From Hyphomicrobiales bacterium (GTDB lineage: Bacteria; Pseudomonadota; Alphaproteobacteria; Rhizobiales; WTKA01): 52,761 nucleotides of DNA. The stretch is from positions 1 to 52,761 of the forward strand of contig WTKA01000157.1 in assembly GCA_011524605.1 (NCBI GenBank), given 5' to 3'. The notes under the pieces were generated by a model. It was not told where the DNA came from, searched no databases, and saw nothing but the letters and a program-made list of their open reading frames with translations. Positions 49,426 to 52,761 of this stretch are shown here, one piece after another; the first letter of the stretch is position 1, and each line of letters begins with the position of its first letter. The position numbers and the translations under genes are program-made.

Positions 49426-50175
49426 CTATTTATAGGTATTTTTATAGGTGTTTTTATAGGACTTAATTGGCTGAGGTTTCCAAACCATTGACTGTATCGG
49501 TATTCTTTTACCTTTAATGGGTGCAAAAATATCCTGATGGGCAACAGCCACCAAAACACCACCAACCCTTGGAAAAGGCCATCGCTTTAACCTTTCTAAT
49601 TGATTTGAAAATTTCAGCACATATTTATTATTTGTAGGCGGGGTAAATAATGCTGCTGTGATTTCATCTACAGCAAAATTAGCGCCCACAAGCAGCTGCT
49701 GCAACTGAAAAGCAGAAAAAGGGCGCCCATAACCAAAGGGCGTTCTTTCAAGTTGCGCCCAAATACCACTGCGATTTGGCACAACGATAATGATTTTACC
49801 CGTTGCTGCTAAAACACGCTTACACTCAGCCATTACTGCATTTATATCTTTTGTATGTTCTAATATATGCGACAAAATAAGAATATCTACGCAACTATCC
49901 GGCAGAGGTAGTAGATCTTCACTCATTAGCGCAGTGCTAATTTTATCATTTTGCGGCCAAGCAATGACCCCTTGCGCTGCAGGCGCGAAGGAAAGAACCC
50001 GCCTACTTTTGCCAAGAAAGGGACGCAAGAAAGGGCTTGTATAGCCAAGCCCCAAAATTGTTTGCGAAGGGTGTGGCTTTGTTTTTGATTGAATGGTTTT
50101 ACTGATTACCTCCCGCGCTAAAAGGCCAGGGTAATCCGCATAAAATCTTTTCATATCTAATATATCAGGATACAT
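49426..50175 (-). CDS. Class I SAM-dependent methyltransferase (Methyltransf_11), divergent from gloB
   Basis: LGLGYTSPFL, PAAQGVIAWP, VPNRSGIW..TPFGYGRPFS. Confidence 0.88.
   Translation of the reverse strand: MYPDILDMKRFYADYPGLLAREVISKTIQSKTKPHPSQTILGLGYTSPFLRPFLGKSRRVLSFAPAAQGVIAWPQNDKISTALMSEDLLPLPDSCVDILILSHILEHTKDINAVMAECKRVLAATGKIIIVVPNRSGIWAQLERTPFGYGRPFSAFQLQQLLVGANFAVDEITAALFTPPTNNKYVLKFSNQLERLKRWPFPRVGGVLVAVAHQDIFAPIKGKRIPIQSMVWKPQPIKSYKNTYKNTYK
49429..49464. repeat. 3 x 12-bp tandem repeat
   Basis: TTTATAGGTATT TTTATAGGTGTT TTTATAGGACTT, encoding KSYKNTYKNTYK. Confidence 0.8.
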
Positions 50176-50286
50176 CGCAACGTCTCGATTTAAAGATTGG
50201 CAAATATCATTTTTTAATTATATATTATAAAGATATATATTGAGTATAAACACGAATAAGCATCTTGGATTTTATCAGGAGTTAAA

Positions 50287-51045
50287 ATGATAGAAACACT
50301 AATTTTCCCCTGTCTTCAAGATAATTTTGGACTATTAATTCATAACAGTAAAGAAAATAAAACCTTAAGCATTGATGCACCAGAAGCGGCTGCAATTGAA
50401 AAAGCCTTAATCCAGAAAGGCTGGCAACTCGATGAGATTTTAATCACGCACCATCATTTCGACCATGTCGCTGGCGCTGCGGCTTTAAAAGAAAAAATGG
50501 GCTGTAAAATCACAGCGCCGAAAAAAACAAAATTAGCGATAGCTGATGTTGAGCTAGAGGGTGATGAAGAGATCATTGCTTGTGGGATAAAATTTCAAGC
50601 TATCCCAACCCCCGGCCATACATTAGATCAAATCGCTTACTATGCCCCTGAAGAGAAAATTTTAGCAGCTGCAGATGCTTTATTCTCGCTTGGTTGTGGG
50701 CGTATGTTTGAAGGCACAGCAGCTGAATTTTGGGATAGTCTTAATCGCCTCAGTCAACTTCCTGATGATATTATGCTTTATTGCGGCCATGAATATACAC
50801 AAGCAAATGCACGCTTTGCCTTGCATGTTGATCCCAATAATATAGCGCTACAAAGACGCTCTCAAGAAGTTGAACAGCTAAGAAAACTCAATAAACATAC
50901 ATTGCCAATCTCCCTAGGGTTAGAAAAACAAACAAATCCTTTCTTGCGTGTTTCCGACCCTGCAATACGCGCAAAGCTTAATTTACCCGTCGCTTCAAAT
51001 GAAGAAGTCTTTGCCGCTTTAAGAGCTCTTAAAGATAAGTTTTAA
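50287..51045 (+). CDS. gloB: Hydroxyacylglutathione hydrolase (glyoxalase II)
   Basis: THHHFDH, TPGHT, LFSLGCGR, CGHEYT, EKQTNPF. Confidence 0.95.
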   Translation: MIETLIFPCLQDNFGLLIHNSKENKTLSIDAPEAAAIEKALIQKGWQLDEILITHHHFDHVAGAAALKEKMGCKITAPKKTKLAIADVELEGDEEIIACGIKFQAIPTPGHTLDQIAYYAPEEKILAAADALFSLGCGRMFEGTAAEFWDSLNRLSQLPDDIMLYCGHEYTQANARFALHVDPNNIALQRRSQEVEQLRKLNKHTLPISLGLEKQTNPFLRVSDPAIRAKLNLPVASNEEVFAALRALKDKF

Positions 51046-51067
51046 CAGATAGGCTAAAAACTAGATT

Positions 51068-51976
51068 ATGCTAGAAAAACAAAATCCAACGACCCTCTCT
51101 TGGGTTTTGCTCCTATGCCTTGTTGTTATGTGGGGCAGTTCATTTGCAGCAACCAAAATTTCTGTACAAAGCCTCTCGCCAGAATGGGTTGTTGCCCTTC
51201 GTCTCACTATTGGCGCTTTATTCGCTCTTCCCATTGCTTTGATGTTAGGACAATTCCCGAAAGCATTTTTAAAAGATTCAGGGCGCTATATTTTTCTAGC
51301 ATTATGCGCCACCATCCTGCCCTTTTTTCTCATCAGTTGGGGTACACAACATATCAGCTCAGCACTTGCTGGCATTATCATGGCAATTGTACCAATTAAC
51401 ATTTTAATTGGCGCACATTTTTTCTTAAAAGATGAAAAAATGACGATAAAATCAATTATCAGCGTTATCCTTAGTCTCATTGGCGTTGCCATCGTTATTC
51501 GCGTGGATACGATTGTGCTCGCTGATTTTTTGCAATCTAAAGCTCTTATAGCGCAAGTCGCTATAATAGCTGCAACCCTTTGCTATGCAGCTTCCAGCAT
51601 CTATTCTCGTAAATTTAGCAAAACAACACCCATAGAAAAAACAATTGGCATGCTCACCTATGGTGCAATTTTGTCTTGCGCCTATGCTTTCTATTCGGAT
51701 CCAACAGGTTGGCAGCTTGGCACAGTGAGCGCTTATCTTTCCGTGTCTTTTTTAGGCATTTTCCCCACAGCAGTTGCTGCTTTAATGCTTTTTTACCTTC
51801 TTGATAAAGTTGGTACCCACTTTGTCGCTTACACCAACTTCCTCATTCCTGTTTATGCCACAGTCTTTGGCTTTTTTGCTCTTGGGGAAGCCTTTTCTTA
51901 TCATGCAATTATCGGCCTTACCATCATCATTTTTGGTATTTATGTTTCCCAAAGCCAGAATAAAAAGACGAAATAA
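51068..51976 (+). CDS. DMT/EamA transporter
   Basis: About 10 TM; WGSSF, PFFLISWG, ALGE. Confidence 0.9.
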   Translation: MLEKQNPTTLSWVLLLCLVVMWGSSFAATKISVQSLSPEWVVALRLTIGALFALPIALMLGQFPKAFLKDSGRYIFLALCATILPFFLISWGTQHISSALAGIIMAIVPINILIGAHFFLKDEKMTIKSIISVILSLIGVAIVIRVDTIVLADFLQSKALIAQVAIIAATLCYAASSIYSRKFSKTTPIEKTIGMLTYGAILSCAYAFYSDPTGWQLGTVSAYLSVSFLGIFPTAVAALMLFYLLDKVGTHFVAYTNFLIPVYATVFGFFALGEAFSYHAIIGLTIIIFGIYVSQSQNKKTK

Positions 51977-52081
51977 AAAGAGAAAATCGCTTATCACTTT
52001 CTTGTTATGCGACATTAAACCCCTATGATTTAGCCCTAGCTATAGATATAAATTGCAAGTCACTTTATACAAGGATAAAAG

Positions 52082-52690
52082 ATGCTAAAATTCATTCGTT
52101 ATGGTTCAATTGCCCTTATCGTCGTTCTTGCTGTTGCTATAGGCGCAAAAACTTTTCTAAGTAACCCACAACAAGCCTCGCGCTCTGTTGCAGGTATAAA
52201 ACTTGGCATGCCCATGACATTAACTTCCTCTGATGGGGAAATGGTGAATGAAAGCAGTTTTCAAGGCAAACCTCAAGCAATGCATTTTGGCTTCACTCAT
52301 TGCCCTGATATCTGTCCTGCTACCTTATGGGATATGCAAGACTGGATAGAAACGCTAGGAGCAGAGCTAGCCGAAGAAATTCATTTTTCAATGATTAGCG
52401 TTGACCCAGAGCGTGATACACCAGAACTATTGCAAAGCTACATGACTGCCTTTGATCCAAGAATAAAAGCCTATACAGCAGGTGTTGAGCAAACCCCTGA
52501 TGTCTTAAAAAGCTACCGAATTTATGCAAAAAAAATCCCTGATGAAACAGATCCGACCGTTTACAATGTAGATCACACATCCTCTGTTCTGCTTCTAGAT
52601 TCACAAAGCAGAATGGTTGGTACTATATCTTATATGGAAAATCCTGAGGTTGCCGTACAAAAACTTAAAAACCTAATCAACAGAGACTAG
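52082..52690 (+). CDS. SCO1/SenC copper chaperone
   Basis: FGFTHCPDICP, SVDPERDT, YNVDHTS. Confidence 0.93.
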   Translation: MLKFIRYGSIALIVVLAVAIGAKTFLSNPQQASRSVAGIKLGMPMTLTSSDGEMVNESSFQGKPQAMHFGFTHCPDICPATLWDMQDWIETLGAELAEEIHFSMISVDPERDTPELLQSYMTAFDPRIKAYTAGVEQTPDVLKSYRIYAKKIPDETDPTVYNVDHTSSVLLLDSQSRMVGTISYMENPEVAVQKLKNLINRD

Positions 52691-52761
52691 GCTCAGGAAC
52701 TATTATTTAGGCTCAGGACCTATTAATTTTGTTCAATTCTATTTGAATTAAAAGTATTAAT
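52687..52761 (+). mobile_element. MITE copy 3 with duplicated left TIR, cut by the window edge
   Basis: CTAGGCTCAGGAACTATTATT then TAGGCTCAGGACCTATTAATTTTGTTCAATTCTATTTGAATTAAAA, matching 31295-31339. Confidence 0.9.

Overview
AT-rich alphaproteobacterial chromosome segment. The gene set (regA/regB, ccrM, phaZ, murA-DUF2948-hisD-UPF0262, cnoX) is Hyphomicrobiales/Rhodobacterales-like, and a TmoXWV-like transporter suggests a marine organism. About 45 CDS, mostly housekeeping. No rRNA, tRNA, CRISPR array or transposase was found. Accessory or unusual content: (1) an AbiL/RloAB-like ATPase+TOPRIM pair directly downstream of a HerA-family ATPase; (2) a 1784-aa RTX-type protein with four LamG/pentraxin domains, three carrying the animal-pentraxin GQEQD calcium loop, plus a cadherin domain and a duplicated lectin-like module; (3) a GC-rich, hairpin-dense REP-like cluster at 9.5-9.9 kb; (4) a 266-bp MITE with perfect 21-bp terminal inverted repeats, present three times, folding into a two-armed structure and overlapping the TAG stop codons of two genes; (5) a PHB depolymerase fused to a helix-hairpin-helix domain; (6) a heme-c chemoreceptor; (7) several normally adjacent gene pairs separated by 10-40 kb inside the window. 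All family calls come from motif recognition by eye; no searches were run.
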